Source: Treponemataceae bacterium | GTDB taxonomy: Bacteria; Spirochaetota; Spirochaetia; Treponematales; Rectinemataceae | Assembly (NCBI GenBank): GCA_963667725.2 | Contig: CAXXHO010000005.1 | Span: 1,024,001-1,088,000 of the forward strand | DNA: 64,000 nucleotides | Direction of reading: 5' to 3' | Shown: positions 9,602-19,669 of the stretch, piece after piece | Layout of the letters: each line of letters begins with the position of its first letter | How positions within the stretch are numbered: the first letter of the stretch is position 1 | Translations under genes and position numbers: made by a program | The notes under the pieces: model-generated | Told to the model about the DNA's origin: nothing | Seen by the model: the letters and a program-made list of their open reading frames with translations, nothing else | Databases searched by the model: none

Positions 9602-11047
9602 TTATTTTTGCCGTTTTTCTTCAAGTAGTTCTTCGATGCAACGCACGAATTCGCGCTTGAGATCTTCGTCCAGGGATTCGATCGCCGCCTTCCTGTTGCG
9701 GCCGAAGGCCGAAAGGCGCTCGGTGGCGGGGATCGGTTCGCCGACGATGACGGTCGCGCGCTTTCCCTTGATGCCGATGCGATCGCTAATGTTGCCACCT
9801 TTCAGGCGCGATATGAGGTCGTAATAATTCTGGGCGGTTTCGATGTACCTTTCGAGAGGATCGTCTTCTTTCAGGCGCTCGAAGTCCAGGTAATACGCGA
9901 GGTCGACGAGTTCCATGTGGCGCGAAACATACCAGGCTTCTCCGGCGACGCGGTCGGCCAAGGCTTGTTGGAGGCCGGGAAGGGTTTTGGGATCGGGAAG
10001 ATCCTCGCGGAAGATCCTGTCCCAGCCGGTCTGCCGGATCTTGTAGACGCGCCTTATCGTGTCGCCGTCGGGCGTAAGATGGAAGGCTTTTTCGGCCGCA
10101 GAGAGGGCAGCGCCGCAGAGATCGTCGAGCCGCTCCTTTCTGGAGGGATTGCCCGGGCGGGGAAGGGCAGCGGCGTAAAAGCGGGTGTAATGGCGTTCGG
10201 CGGCTTCGAGAATGGCGTCGGCGGCCGCCGAAAGGCGGCGGAAGCGCGAAGCTGGCGGCGATGTCCCGGCGGCTGTTGCGGCGGGCGGCGCGGCGGTGGC
10301 CGTCGCTGCGGCCGCCGCCACGATGCCGCATTCCTTCTCAATCGTCTCTATGAGGCGGTCAAGCCGCTTTTCGGCATCCTTGTCCCATCGATGATGGATG
10401 GAAACGGGAAGGATCACCACCTTTTCGCCGCGCTTTTCCCTCGTTAGGTCGGCCGCGCACCACGCGCAGATGTGGGAAGTGCCCGACTCGAGGCGGGGGA
10501 GTCCATCGCTCGTGTAGGAAACCTGGCCTTCGGGCGCCAGGGCGAGCGGGTAATCGCCGTCCTTCATCAGGGAGCGGATAAGCTCGACGCTGCCGGCGTC
10601 GAACTTGGTATGGTAGACGGGAACCGCTCCCGAGCGGGGGAGAATCCATCGCTCGAAAGCGCCGGCCCAGAGGGGCACTTCGTAGCCATGGATGAAATGG
10701 GCATGAGGCTGTCGCGCCAGATGGACGCCCCGTTTTTTGGCTTCTTCGCCGACAAGCCTGCCGATGACGTAGGCCATGAGCTGGGCTTCGTCGCCGTAGG
10801 GGTGGCGAAAGGCGATGATGAGACGGGTTTTCCTGTCGAAGAAATCCCTGTAGGCGTCCACGATCCGTTCGGCGTGCTTCAGCTCGACGGAGCGGAAACC
10901 GAGAGCGGCGCGGAGGTAGAGGGGCGAGATGAACCTGAAAAATGAGACGATGGCCGGCCTGACTCGTGACGGGGCGAGATTCCGCCTGGATCGGGCGGCG
11001 GCGATCGGTTTCGGGGTCACAGGAGGGGAATGCCGGCGGCAAGGCAA
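9602..11047 (-). CDS. Acyltransferase-family protein (PlsC/GPAT-like); true start may be downstream of 11047
   Basis: RHPYGDE block I-like, ALAPEG, ILPVSIH motifs. Confidence 0.7.
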   Translation of the reverse strand: MPCRRHSPPVTPKPIAAARSRRNLAPSRVRPAIVSFFRFISPLYLRAALGFRSVELKHAERIVDAYRDFFDRKTRLIIAFRHPYGDEAQLMAYVIGRLVGEEAKKRGVHLARQPHAHFIHGYEVPLWAGAFERWILPRSGAVPVYHTKFDAGSVELIRSLMKDGDYPLALAPEGQVSYTSDGLPRLESGTSHICAWCAADLTREKRGEKVVILPVSIHHRWDKDAEKRLDRLIETIEKECGIVAAAAATATAAPPAATAAGTSPPASRFRRLSAAADAILEAAERHYTRFYAAALPRPGNPSRKERLDDLCGAALSAAEKAFHLTPDGDTIRRVYKIRQTGWDRIFREDLPDPKTLPGLQQALADRVAGEAWYVSRHMELVDLAYYLDFERLKEDDPLERYIETAQNYYDLISRLKGGNISDRIGIKGKRATVIVGEPIPATERLSAFGRNRKAAIESLDEDLKREFVRCIEELLEEKRQK

Positions 11048-12051
11048 TCCTTGCGCATGTCTTCGGGCCAGAGCCCTACCTGTATTTCGCCGATATGGGC
11101 TTTCCTGAGAACGTACATGCAGAGTCTCGACTGGCCGATCCCGCCGCCGATGGACAGGGGCAGGCTGCCTTCGAGAAGGCGGCGGTGGAAGTAGAGGTTC
11201 TTCCTCGATTCCTGGCCGGTCAGGGCGAGCTGCCGTTCGAGGGCGGCGGGATCCACGCGGATGCCCATGGAGGAAATCTCGAATGAGGCTTCAATGATGT
11301 CGTTCCATATGATGATGTCGCCGTTCAGGCCCTTGAAGCCGTCGGCCGTGGGCGTGCTCCAGTCGTCGTAATCGGGGGCGCGTTTGTCGTGCGGCATTCC
11401 GTCAGCCAGATTCCCTCCTATTCCGATGAGGAAGATGGCGCCGTACTTTTTCGCGAGGGCGTCCTCGCGCTGCTTGGGGCTCAGGCTCGGGTAAGTGGCG
11501 AGGGCTTCCTCGGCGTGGATGAAGGTGATCTCGTCGGGAAGGTCTATGGGGAGGGCCGGATAGAGGTCGTGCATGCGGAATTCCAGGCGCTTTATGGCCG
11601 AGTAGATCCGCTTGACGGTAGCCTTGAGGAAGCCCAGCTTGCGTTCGGAGTCGTCGATGACGCGTTCCCAGTCCCACTGGTCGACATAGAGCGAATGGAT
11701 GGGGTCCAGGTCTTCATCGGCGCGGATGGCGTTCATGTCCGTATAGATTCCGAAGCCCTTCTTGAAGCCATATTCGGCGAGGGCGAGACGTTTCCATTTG
11801 GCGAGGGAATGGACGATTTCGGCCCTCGCGTCTCCCATGGCCTTGACGGGGAAGGCGACCGCTCGTTCCGTACCGTTCAGGTCGTCATTTATTCCCATGC
11901 CAGCGAGCACGAAGAGAGGAGCGGTCACCCGGGTGAGTTTTAGTTCGGTGGCGAGGCTGAGCTGGAAAAAATCCTTGATCTCCATGATGGCGCGTTCGGT
12001 TTCCCTGACGCCGAGGAGAGGTTTGTATCCCGCGGGATAGCTGTAGCGCAT
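11017..12051 (-). CDS. asnA: Aspartate--ammonia ligase
   Basis: EIVHSLAKWKR, HSLYVDQWDWE, RAPDYDDW, SSMGIRVD, IGGGIGQSR. Confidence 0.97.
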   Translation of the reverse strand: MRYSYPAGYKPLLGVRETERAIMEIKDFFQLSLATELKLTRVTAPLFVLAGMGINDDLNGTERAVAFPVKAMGDARAEIVHSLAKWKRLALAEYGFKKGFGIYTDMNAIRADEDLDPIHSLYVDQWDWERVIDDSERKLGFLKATVKRIYSAIKRLEFRMHDLYPALPIDLPDEITFIHAEEALATYPSLSPKQREDALAKKYGAIFLIGIGGNLADGMPHDKRAPDYDDWSTPTADGFKGLNGDIIIWNDIIEASFEISSMGIRVDPAALERQLALTGQESRKNLYFHRRLLEGSLPLSIGGGIGQSRLCMYVLRKAHIGEIQVGLWPEDMRKDCLAAGIPLL

Positions 12052-12192
12052 GTATCCTCCTGAAAGGAATATTGTCGGGGGAAAAGGCCGTACATGTCAA
12101 TGAAGGCGTTCGGTGGTATATATAGGAAAGCCATGATACAATGACGCAAATAGCATCTACCTTAATTTTCCCTTCGAGAGGCTGGATACATC

Positions 12193-14106
12193 ATGACCGA
12201 ATCCAAGATCGTGGCGATATTGCCCAATAGCATCATTGTCGAAAAACTGCGCCAGGTGCAGTTGCGGTCGGGCTTCGAGTTCCCTGTCTATCAGAAACAG
12301 GTGGGTGACGCGCTGGAATTAGCCAGGAAGTGCATTGACGAGGGCGCCAAGGTGATCATAAGCAGGGGGCTCACCGCGACCTACCTGCGCAATTATCTGG
12401 ATATTCCCGTCGTCGAGGTGGAATACGATTTCTTCCAGTTCGCCTATGCCCTGCGGAGCGCCCTCGAATTTTCCGATAATGTGGCGATCGTCGGTTTCAT
12501 CGATGCGTACAGGCTGGCCGAGCGCGCCATCGAGTTCGTCGCAAAAAAGGGCGAGCAGGTGCAGGTCAGCATCCTTTCGGATGCCGCCTATGTGGAGCAG
12601 AAGGTCAGGCAGCTGGGCGAGAGCGGAGTCGGGGTTTTCATCGGCGGGAACACGGTTGTTTTGAACGCTTTCAAGCAGGGCTACCAGGGGGTCTATGTCG
12701 AGCCCGACGACAAGGTGCTCGAGGCTGCCGTGGCGAAGGCGGTATACGAGCTTCGCATTTATCTCGACAGGGAAGAAAAGTACGAAATGATCCAGGCTAT
12801 CCTCAACTGCGCCTCGAACGGCATCTTCGCCGTGGACAGCCAGGGCGCCATTTCCGTGGCTAATCCCCTTGCTCGCAAGTATCTGCAGATTCAAGGCGCC
12901 GATGGTTCAGGCAAGTCTATAAAAGAGCTTCTGCCTCAGTCGAAGCTCCTCAGCACGATCGCGACCGGCCAGCCCGCCGCAGACGATTTCATCAGCGTCG
13001 GGAATGTGGAACTGGTGATGAATTCAGCCCCGGTGATCGTGGATGGGGAGATTCTGGGGGCGGTGGCGACGGTCCAGGAAGTGGGGCAGATACAGGACTT
13101 GGATCACAAGATCAGGAAAAAGATGCTCCATAAGGGACACACCGCCCAAAAAACCTTCGCCGACATCATCGGATCGAGCGCAGTGATGAGGGAATGCAAG
13201 AAGGCGGCGCAGAATTTCGCCAGGGTCGACAGCACGATTCTTATTCTCGGGAAAACGGGTACGGGCAAGGAAGTTTTCGCGCAGAGCATACACAACGCGA
13301 GCAGGAGGGCAGCCAATCCTTTCGTGGCGGTGAACTGCGCCGCCCTGCCTTCCAGCCTTCTGGAGAGCGAGCTTTTTGGCTATACCAAGGGCGCCTTTAC
13401 TGGCGCGCGTAACGAGGGGAAGCCGGGCATTTTCGAACTGGCCCATACGGGAACGATTTTCCTGGACGAGATCAGCGAGATTCCGCCGGATGTGCAGGCC
13501 CGCCTTCTCCGCGTCGTTCAGGAAAAGGAGATTACCCGCATTGGCGACGATAAGGTCATTCCCGTGGACCTGCGCATCTTGGCCGCCACCAACCGCGATC
13601 TTCTGAAAGAGGTAAGAGAAAACCGGTTCAGAGAGGACCTGTATTATCGGCTCAGCGTCCTGGAACTTCATCTTCCCGAGTTGTCGGAGCGGCGGGAGGA
13701 TATTCCGGATCTCGTGCGGCATTTCGTGAAGACAATCTGCGCCAACGCTTCGCTGCTGCCAGTCCCCGTAACTGAGGATGCCTTGGCGATGCTCCAGAAC
13801 ATGACTATGAACGGTAACGTAAGGCAGCTCTGCAATATCGTCGAAAAGGCTCTTGTCCTCTCGAATTTCGGAACTTTTGACGGTAAATGTCTGGTCAAGG
13901 CGGTACGCGTCCATGAGGGCGGCGGCGAGGCGGCACGGGCGGCCGCTTTGGCGCCTGCGGGCAGCACTATTGTGGCCATGGAGCGCGACATGATCATCCA
14001 GGCGCTTGAAGACTGTGGCGGGAACAAGGTGGCTGCGGCCCATCGGCTCGGGATAAGCTCGACGACGCTCTGGAGAAGGCTGAAGGAGATGGGACTCTGC
14101 CCTTGA
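12193..14106 (+). CDS. Sigma54-dependent activator, PrpR-like (PrpR_N-PAS-AAA+-Fis HTH)
   Basis: VIISRG N-domain; GKTGTGKE, ESELFGY, GAFTGA, FLDEI, FREDLYYRL, LGISSTTLWRRLK. Confidence 0.93.
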   Translation: MTESKIVAILPNSIIVEKLRQVQLRSGFEFPVYQKQVGDALELARKCIDEGAKVIISRGLTATYLRNYLDIPVVEVEYDFFQFAYALRSALEFSDNVAIVGFIDAYRLAERAIEFVAKKGEQVQVSILSDAAYVEQKVRQLGESGVGVFIGGNTVVLNAFKQGYQGVYVEPDDKVLEAAVAKAVYELRIYLDREEKYEMIQAILNCASNGIFAVDSQGAISVANPLARKYLQIQGADGSGKSIKELLPQSKLLSTIATGQPAADDFISVGNVELVMNSAPVIVDGEILGAVATVQEVGQIQDLDHKIRKKMLHKGHTAQKTFADIIGSSAVMRECKKAAQNFARVDSTILILGKTGTGKEVFAQSIHNASRRAANPFVAVNCAALPSSLLESELFGYTKGAFTGARNEGKPGIFELAHTGTIFLDEISEIPPDVQARLLRVVQEKEITRIGDDKVIPVDLRILAATNRDLLKEVRENRFREDLYYRLSVLELHLPELSERREDIPDLVRHFVKTICANASLLPVPVTEDALAMLQNMTMNGNVRQLCNIVEKALVLSNFGTFDGKCLVKAVRVHEGGGEAARAAALAPAGSTIVAMERDMIIQALEDCGGNKVAAAHRLGISSTTLWRRLKEMGLCP

Positions 14107-14115
14107 TGAGGGATT

Positions 14116-14161
14116 TTTCAATTTGAAATGTTCAATATGAAATATATATTTCATATTGAAA
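14116..14161. promoter_or_regulatory. Putative upstream activator sites: three TTCA-N3-TGAAA units, the last two forming a perfect 30-bp palindrome (14131-14160)
   Basis: TTTCAATTTGAAA, then TTCAATATGAAATAT|ATATTTCATATTGAA; 110-150 bp upstream of a -24/-12 promoter. Confidence 0.7.
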
Positions 14162-14269
14162 TACGATGACTAATTAGTTTTAAAATTATCGATAGCTCGT
14201 TATGCCGTTAAATATATTAGTGATATATAATTACCGGCTGAATAGTTTGACATTAAATATTACCAGTCT

Positions 14270-14286
14270 TTGGCACGTATCCTGCT
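14270..14286 (+). promoter_or_regulatory. Sigma54 -24/-12 promoter
   Basis: TTGGCACGTATCCTGCT matches TGGCACG-N4-TTGC with one mismatch; adjacent to a GAFTGA activator gene. Confidence 0.85.
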
Positions 14287-14319
14287 AATACTATCATATA
14301 TGATACTCAAGGATTTTTT

Positions 14320-15303
14320 ATGCCGAAAACCCTAACCCTCGCGGGGCCATACCCCGAAGAAGTGTTCGGACTTCTGAGAAAGGAACTCCCTGAATCGCTG
14401 AACATCAGGGTAGTAAAAGACCAGACCTCTCTCGACAGTCTCAATGATATGGAGTTCGTGATCTTGAGGACGCTCAGGATGGATGGCGCCCTGATCGAGG
14501 CCAATCCCTCGCTCAGGCTGATTCAACGCTGGGGCGCCGGCTTCGACACAGTGGACGTGGAGACGGCAGGCAGGCAAAACGTGCCCGTGGCGGTGGCCTC
14601 CGGCGTGAATTCCAACGCCGTCGCCGAACATGCTCTTCTCCTCATGCTGGCTTCCTATCGCCATCTGACGGCGTTGGACGCTTCCACGAAGAAGGGCGGC
14701 TGGGACAGGACAACCTTTGCCTCCCAGTCTTTCATGGTGAGCGACAAGCTGGTCGGTCTTCTTGGCTGTGGGGCGATCGGCAGGCTGTTAGCCCAGAAGG
14801 CAGTCGCTCTCGGCGCCCATGTCCAGTACTACGACGCTTTCCGTCTGCCCGTCGAGGAGGAAAAACGCCTCCATCTCAGCTATGTCGATTTCGGTACCCT
14901 CCTGGAAACGAGCGATATCCTGAGCCTCCATCTCCCGCTTGTAGAGAACACGAAACTCATCATCGGGGAGAAGGAACTGGGCAGGATGAAGAAGGGCGCG
15001 GTACTGATCAATACCTCGCGCGGCGGTCTCATCGACGAGGCCAGGCTTGCGGCAGCCCTGAGGGCTGGAAGGCTCATGGCGGCAGCCCTGGACAGCTTCT
15101 CGGAGGAGCCTTATCCCGCTGACGGCCCGCTCCTCGGCGTCGATAACCTGATCATGACGCCTCACATCGGAGGAACGGTCGTGGATCTCACTCTCCCGAT
15201 GGTAAGAAAGGTGGCCGATAACGTCATGCGCGTCTACGAGGGGCAGCCATTGCCCAAGCGGGACCTGGTCAACGCCGCTTGGTGCGGCTACCCCATCTCC
15301 TGA
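14320..15303 (+). CDS. D-isomer-specific 2-hydroxyacid dehydrogenase
   Basis: GAGFDTVD, AVAEH, GCGAIG, LHLPL, INTSRG, TPHIGG. Confidence 0.92.
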   Translation: MPKTLTLAGPYPEEVFGLLRKELPESLNIRVVKDQTSLDSLNDMEFVILRTLRMDGALIEANPSLRLIQRWGAGFDTVDVETAGRQNVPVAVASGVNSNAVAEHALLLMLASYRHLTALDASTKKGGWDRTTFASQSFMVSDKLVGLLGCGAIGRLLAQKAVALGAHVQYYDAFRLPVEEEKRLHLSYVDFGTLLETSDILSLHLPLVENTKLIIGEKELGRMKKGAVLINTSRGGLIDEARLAAALRAGRLMAAALDSFSEEPYPADGPLLGVDNLIMTPHIGGTVVDLTLPMVRKVADNVMRVYEGQPLPKRDLVNAAWCGYPIS

Positions 15304-15319
15304 AGCGAGGAAGCATAGT

Positions 15320-16471
15320 ATGAAAAGAGATTATATATCGTTCGGCTGTTCAATCATTCGGGGAGGCACGAGCAAGGGCCTCTTCCTCAAGGGAAACGAA
15401 CTGCCCGAGGCTGGTGAACTGCGCGACAAGATCATCCTGAGGCTTCTGGGCAGCCCCGACCTGCGCCAGATCGACGGTCTGGGCGGCGCCAACTCCCTCA
15501 CCAGCAAGGTGTGCGTCATCGGCCCCTGCGAGAGGGAAGACGCCGACGTGAACTACACCTTCGGCCAGGTTTCGGTGGACAAGGCCAAGATAGACTGGCA
15601 GGGCAATTGCGGAAATCTGACTTCTGCCGTGGGCGTCTTCGCCGTAAACCAGAATTATGTCATTCCGCGGGAACCGGAAACCACGGTCCGCATTTTTAAC
15701 ACGAATACGTCCAAGATCATCCATGTCAAGGTTCCGGTTCAGGCTGGCAGGGCGCGGTGCACGGGCGGCTATTCGATTCACGGCGTTCCGGGAACTGGCC
15801 CCAAGCTTGAAGTGGAATTTTTCGACCCGGCCGGCGGCGTGACGGGCAGGCTTCTTCCCACGGGGAACGCTCGGGATATCATCGATCTTGGCGAAAAGGG
15901 CAGGTTCACGATCTCTGTCGTGGACGCCGTCACGCCCGTCGTTTACCTGCGGGCCGCCGAGCTGGGTCTCAAGGGCACGGAGCTACCCACCGAAGTGGAA
16001 GCCATGCCGCGCGTCCTCGCTCTCATGGAAGAGCTGCGCTCCGTGGCCGCCGAAATGTCCGGTATTGTGAATAAACGCGAGGAAGCCACCGAGAAAAGCC
16101 CCGCCTTCCCCAAGGTGGGTTTCGTGAGTCCCCCCTGCGACTACCTCAACCCCGAGGGTAACCTGGTTAAGGCCGATGATATCGATATTGTCGCCCGCCT
16201 GGGCTCCATGCAGAAAATGCACCGGGCCTATATGATCGGCGGGGCGGTGAGCACCGGCGCGGCGGCTCAGATACCGGGTACTGTGGTATGGGAAGCGTTG
16301 AGCGATCGCGCCAGGAAGGACGGACGGAGCCTCGTCATCGGCCATCCCTATGGGCCGATGGAAGTGGGCATCGAGAGCGGAGGAGGCGAGATCCGAAAAG
16401 TGACCGTTTTTCGTACCGCGAGAGTGCTGATGGACGGAGTCGCCTATATTCCGGAAGCGACATTGGCATGA
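15320..16471 (+). CDS. PrpF-family isomerase/tautomerase
   Basis: RGGTSKG, GSPDLRQIDGLGG, TSKV, GNCGN, GHPYG, RTARVLMDG. Confidence 0.92.
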   Translation: MKRDYISFGCSIIRGGTSKGLFLKGNELPEAGELRDKIILRLLGSPDLRQIDGLGGANSLTSKVCVIGPCEREDADVNYTFGQVSVDKAKIDWQGNCGNLTSAVGVFAVNQNYVIPREPETTVRIFNTNTSKIIHVKVPVQAGRARCTGGYSIHGVPGTGPKLEVEFFDPAGGVTGRLLPTGNARDIIDLGEKGRFTISVVDAVTPVVYLRAAELGLKGTELPTEVEAMPRVLALMEELRSVAAEMSGIVNKREEATEKSPAFPKVGFVSPPCDYLNPEGNLVKADDIDIVARLGSMQKMHRAYMIGGAVSTGAAAQIPGTVVWEALSDRARKDGRSLVIGHPYGPMEVGIESGGGEIRKVTVFRTARVLMDGVAYIPEATLA

Positions 16472-16512
16472 TGGAACTTTTTATTAAACCAACCAAGCGC
16501 GAGGTGTTCTGA

Positions 16513-17007
16513 ATGGGAAAAAAATATGCTGACCTGAGGGCGGGGCTAGTCCTGCTCGGGCTATGTCTTCTTGCCTATTTCTGGCTGATTCCAGCCCAGA
16601 TAAAGGTCAAGGAAGGCGTGGCCATCGGACCGGAATTCTTCCCCAGACTTCTGGTGATCTGCTGCGGCATCTGCGCGGCGGGCGTAGCGTTTCAGGGGGT
16701 GATGGGGCTCAGGAAGGAAGGCAAGCTCAAGCTGTCCACTTTCAGGAATCCCGCCAACCGCGTCAATTACAAGTCCTATGGGAAGCATGCGCTTCTTTTG
16801 GCATCTGCTCTCGCTTACCTATTCGTCATGCCCTATACGGGATTCGTCATCGCGAGCGTGGTATTCCTGACTTTTCTTCTCATGTTCTTTGGGCATTCGA
16901 AGATAGGCTGGTGCTTCCTTCTTTCTGTCATCTATGTGGCGGCGATCTATTTCATCTTTACGATCGCGTTCAAGATCAGCTTTCCCAAGGGCCCTCTGGG
17001 GTTCTGA
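16513..17007 (+). CDS. tctB: Tripartite tricarboxylate transporter small subunit
   Basis: GPEFFP motif, ~4 TM segments, C-terminal FPKG; next to tctA. Confidence 0.85.
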   Translation: MGKKYADLRAGLVLLGLCLLAYFWLIPAQIKVKEGVAIGPEFFPRLLVICCGICAAGVAFQGVMGLRKEGKLKLSTFRNPANRVNYKSYGKHALLLASALAYLFVMPYTGFVIASVVFLTFLLMFFGHSKIGWCFLLSVIYVAAIYFIFTIAFKISFPKGPLGF

Positions 17008-17025
17008 TAATCAGGAGATACGACG

Positions 17026-18552
17026 GTGGACATATTACTGGAAACTGCGCTTCAATTTGTCTCTATCCAGGTGCTTCTCGGCATCGTGGCCGGCGTCATC
17101 GCCGGGATTATCGGCGGCGGCCTGCCGGGCATCAGTCCGAGCATGACGATCGCGCTCCTCCTTCCCATCAGTCTTTACCTTCCGACGCCCGTGGCTATCG
17201 GTTTGATGATGGGCGCCTATCAGGGAGCGATGTTCGGCGGTTCGATTTCTGCCATTCTCATAAATACGCCGGGAACGGCCAGCGCCGCCGCGACTACGAT
17301 CGATGGTTACCAGATGGCGCTCAAGGGTCAATCGGGCAAGGCACTCAAGATGGCGCTCTATGCTTCCTGCACCGGCGGCGTCATCGGGACGATCATTCTC
17401 CTGGCCATGGCCAAGCCTCTCTCCACGATAGCCCTGAAATTCGGGCCTCCCGAATACTTTGGTCTCATGCTTCTCTCCCTGGCCCTGATCGCCGGCATTT
17501 CCGGCAAGTCGCTCCTGAAGGGTCTCGCTTCGGCCTGCATCGGTTTGCTGCTCGCGACGGTAGGCATGGACCCCATCTATGGAACGAGGCGTTTTACGTT
17601 CAGGAACATAAACCTGAGCGATGGAATCCAGACTCTTTCGGTATTCATCGGCGTCTTTGCCCTTACGGAGCTTCTTACGCAGCTTTCGCAGGGAAGGGCG
17701 GCGCTCTACAAAAAAGCCGATCCTCTCGCCGTGATGGACAATAAGCTGAGCTTCAAGGAGTACTGGGGACAGCGCGTCAACATAATAAAATCGAGCATCA
17801 TCGGCGCGCTTATCGGTGTTCTTCCTGGCATCGGCGGGAGCACTGCCTGTTTTGTATCCTATGCTGAAGCCCAGCGACGCTCCAAGCATCCCGAAAAATT
17901 CGGTACCGGCGTCCTGGAAGGAGTGGCTGCCCCTGAAGCGGCCAATAACGCCGTCGCAGGCGGAGCCCTCGTACCCCTGCTGACGCTGGGAATTCCCGGC
18001 GATGTCGTCACGGCCATTCTCGTGGGCGCTCTCATAACGCATGGAATCAAGCCTGGCCCGCTTCTTTTCATCGAGGATATCGGAAGCGTCTACACCGTCT
18101 ACATAGCCATGTTCCTGGCTGTCATAGCCCTTCTCTTTGTAGGCCAGCTCGGGATTCCCGTTTTCGCGAAAATCGTCAAGCTGAGAAAAGCCACGCTCCT
18201 GCCGATGATCCTCATCATATGCGTGGTCGGCACCTATGCCAGCCGGGGCAACCTTTTCGACGTCGCCCTGATGATCCTTTTCGGCGCCGTGGGATTCACC
18301 ATGAACAAGAACAAGTTTCCCATTCCACCCCTCATCATTGCTTTCGTCATCGGCAGTCAACTGGAAACCAGCCTTCGCCAGAGCCTGATACTGTCTGACT
18401 ACAATATTTCGATCTTCTTCACTCGACCGATTTCCCTCGTACTCATGATTGTGTCCGTCGTTTTCTGCTTCTTCATGGTTCGCCGCAACAGGAAGCTCGC
18501 GAACAAGACAACCATCGTCATCAACGACAGCGGCGAAAAAGAGGAAGCGTGA
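17026..18552 (+). CDS. tctA: Tripartite tricarboxylate transporter large subunit
   Basis: GGSISAILINTPGT, DGYQM, APEAANNA, LTLGIPGD. Confidence 0.95.
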   Translation: MDILLETALQFVSIQVLLGIVAGVIAGIIGGGLPGISPSMTIALLLPISLYLPTPVAIGLMMGAYQGAMFGGSISAILINTPGTASAAATTIDGYQMALKGQSGKALKMALYASCTGGVIGTIILLAMAKPLSTIALKFGPPEYFGLMLLSLALIAGISGKSLLKGLASACIGLLLATVGMDPIYGTRRFTFRNINLSDGIQTLSVFIGVFALTELLTQLSQGRAALYKKADPLAVMDNKLSFKEYWGQRVNIIKSSIIGALIGVLPGIGGSTACFVSYAEAQRRSKHPEKFGTGVLEGVAAPEAANNAVAGGALVPLLTLGIPGDVVTAILVGALITHGIKPGPLLFIEDIGSVYTVYIAMFLAVIALLFVGQLGIPVFAKIVKLRKATLLPMILIICVVGTYASRGNLFDVALMILFGAVGFTMNKNKFPIPPLIIAFVIGSQLETSLRQSLILSDYNISIFFTRPISLVLMIVSVVFCFFMVRRNRKLANKTTIVINDSGEKEEA

Positions 18553-18626
18553 TTCTGGCATCGTTTCGGAGCGCTTTCGCGGGTTTTTCCGCGAAGGTGA
18601 TGATTCAATACAAAGGAGACATCGCA

Positions 18627-19589
18627 ATGACAAGAAAAAACCTGGCATTATGCCTGGCCCTGCTCGCCCTGGTTCCCGCGACACTGTTCGCGGCTCCCAA
18701 CTTTCCCGTCAAGCCGGTGGAAGTGATCGTCGGTTTCGCCGCGGGCGGCGGCACGCACCTCGCGGCCGAACTGCTCAGTCCCGAGGCATCCAAATTCCTG
18801 GGACAGCCCATACAAGTGACCTGCAAGCCGGGCGCCGGCGGCGCCATCGGCGCCACGGCGGTGGCCACGGCCAGAGCAGACGGTTATACCCTGCTCTATG
18901 CCACCATGTCCCTCCCCATCTCGCTCTACATGGATTCGGTCGATTTCTCTGAAAACGATTTCGTGGGCGTGGCCCTCGCCAGCAACGTCGCTCCCCTCAT
19001 GGCGGTCAAGGCCGACGCGCCCTTCAGCAACGCCAAGGAAATGAAGGCCTGGATTGCCGCCAACCCCGGCAAGTTCTCCTGGTCTCACCCCGGCGTGGGT
19101 TCCACGCTTCATGTTCTTGGCGCCAACATGCTATTCGCCATGGATGTGACGAAACAGGTAAAGGAAGTACCTTTCAAGGGCACCAACGAGGGCATCAGCG
19201 CCGTGCTCGGCGGCCATGTGACCGCGGTTTCCTCCTTCCCCGCCTCCATCCTTGAGCAGGTCAGGGCCGGAAAGATGAAGATCATCGGCGTTTCGAGCCC
19301 GGTCCGCATCGCCGAACTCCCCAATGCCCCGACCTTCATCGAGCAGGGCTACAACGCGATACTCACTTCCACGCGCGGCGTCTTCGCTCCCAAGAAGACC
19401 CCCAAGGATGTGCTTGCCGCTTTGGATGTCGCCTTCGGAAAAATCATCCAGAGCCCCGACTTCCAGAAACGCGCCATCACCCTCGGAGAACCGGCCGTCT
19501 ATGCCGACTCCGCCGAATTCGACAGGATGTATCACGAGCAGTGCGTCATGATCAAAGCCCTGCTCAAAGAGATCGGACTGACCAAGTAA
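18627..19589 (+). CDS. tctC: Tripartite tricarboxylate transporter substrate-binding protein (Bug/TctC)
   Basis: AAGGAG RBS; signal peptide; FPVKPVEVIVGFAAGGG, KPGAGGAIG, ADGYTL. Confidence 0.92.
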   Translation: MTRKNLALCLALLALVPATLFAAPNFPVKPVEVIVGFAAGGGTHLAAELLSPEASKFLGQPIQVTCKPGAGGAIGATAVATARADGYTLLYATMSLPISLYMDSVDFSENDFVGVALASNVAPLMAVKADAPFSNAKEMKAWIAANPGKFSWSHPGVGSTLHVLGANMLFAMDVTKQVKEVPFKGTNEGISAVLGGHVTAVSSFPASILEQVRAGKMKIIGVSSPVRIAELPNAPTFIEQGYNAILTSTRGVFAPKKTPKDVLAALDVAFGKIIQSPDFQKRAITLGEPAVYADSAEFDRMYHEQCVMIKALLKEIGLTK

Positions 19590-19603
19590 TGTAAATCGCA
19601 GCG

Positions 19604-19627
19604 CCCCGCCTTTTGGCGGGGTTTCTT
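19604..19627 (+). terminator. Intra-operon hairpin after tctC
   Basis: CCCCGCC-TTTT-GGCGGGG followed by TTTCTT. Confidence 0.7.
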
Positions 19628-19669
19628 CAATTCCGCTAAATCCAACTTTTCACCCGCAAGGAGATATCT

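Noticed and set aside
17035..18684. Long antisense ORFs (549 aa here; also 35121-36638, 28092-29594, 37106-38395, 54023-55333 and others)
   Set aside because: They mirror well-supported genes on the opposite strand, have no motifs and are expected from high GC3 codon usage.
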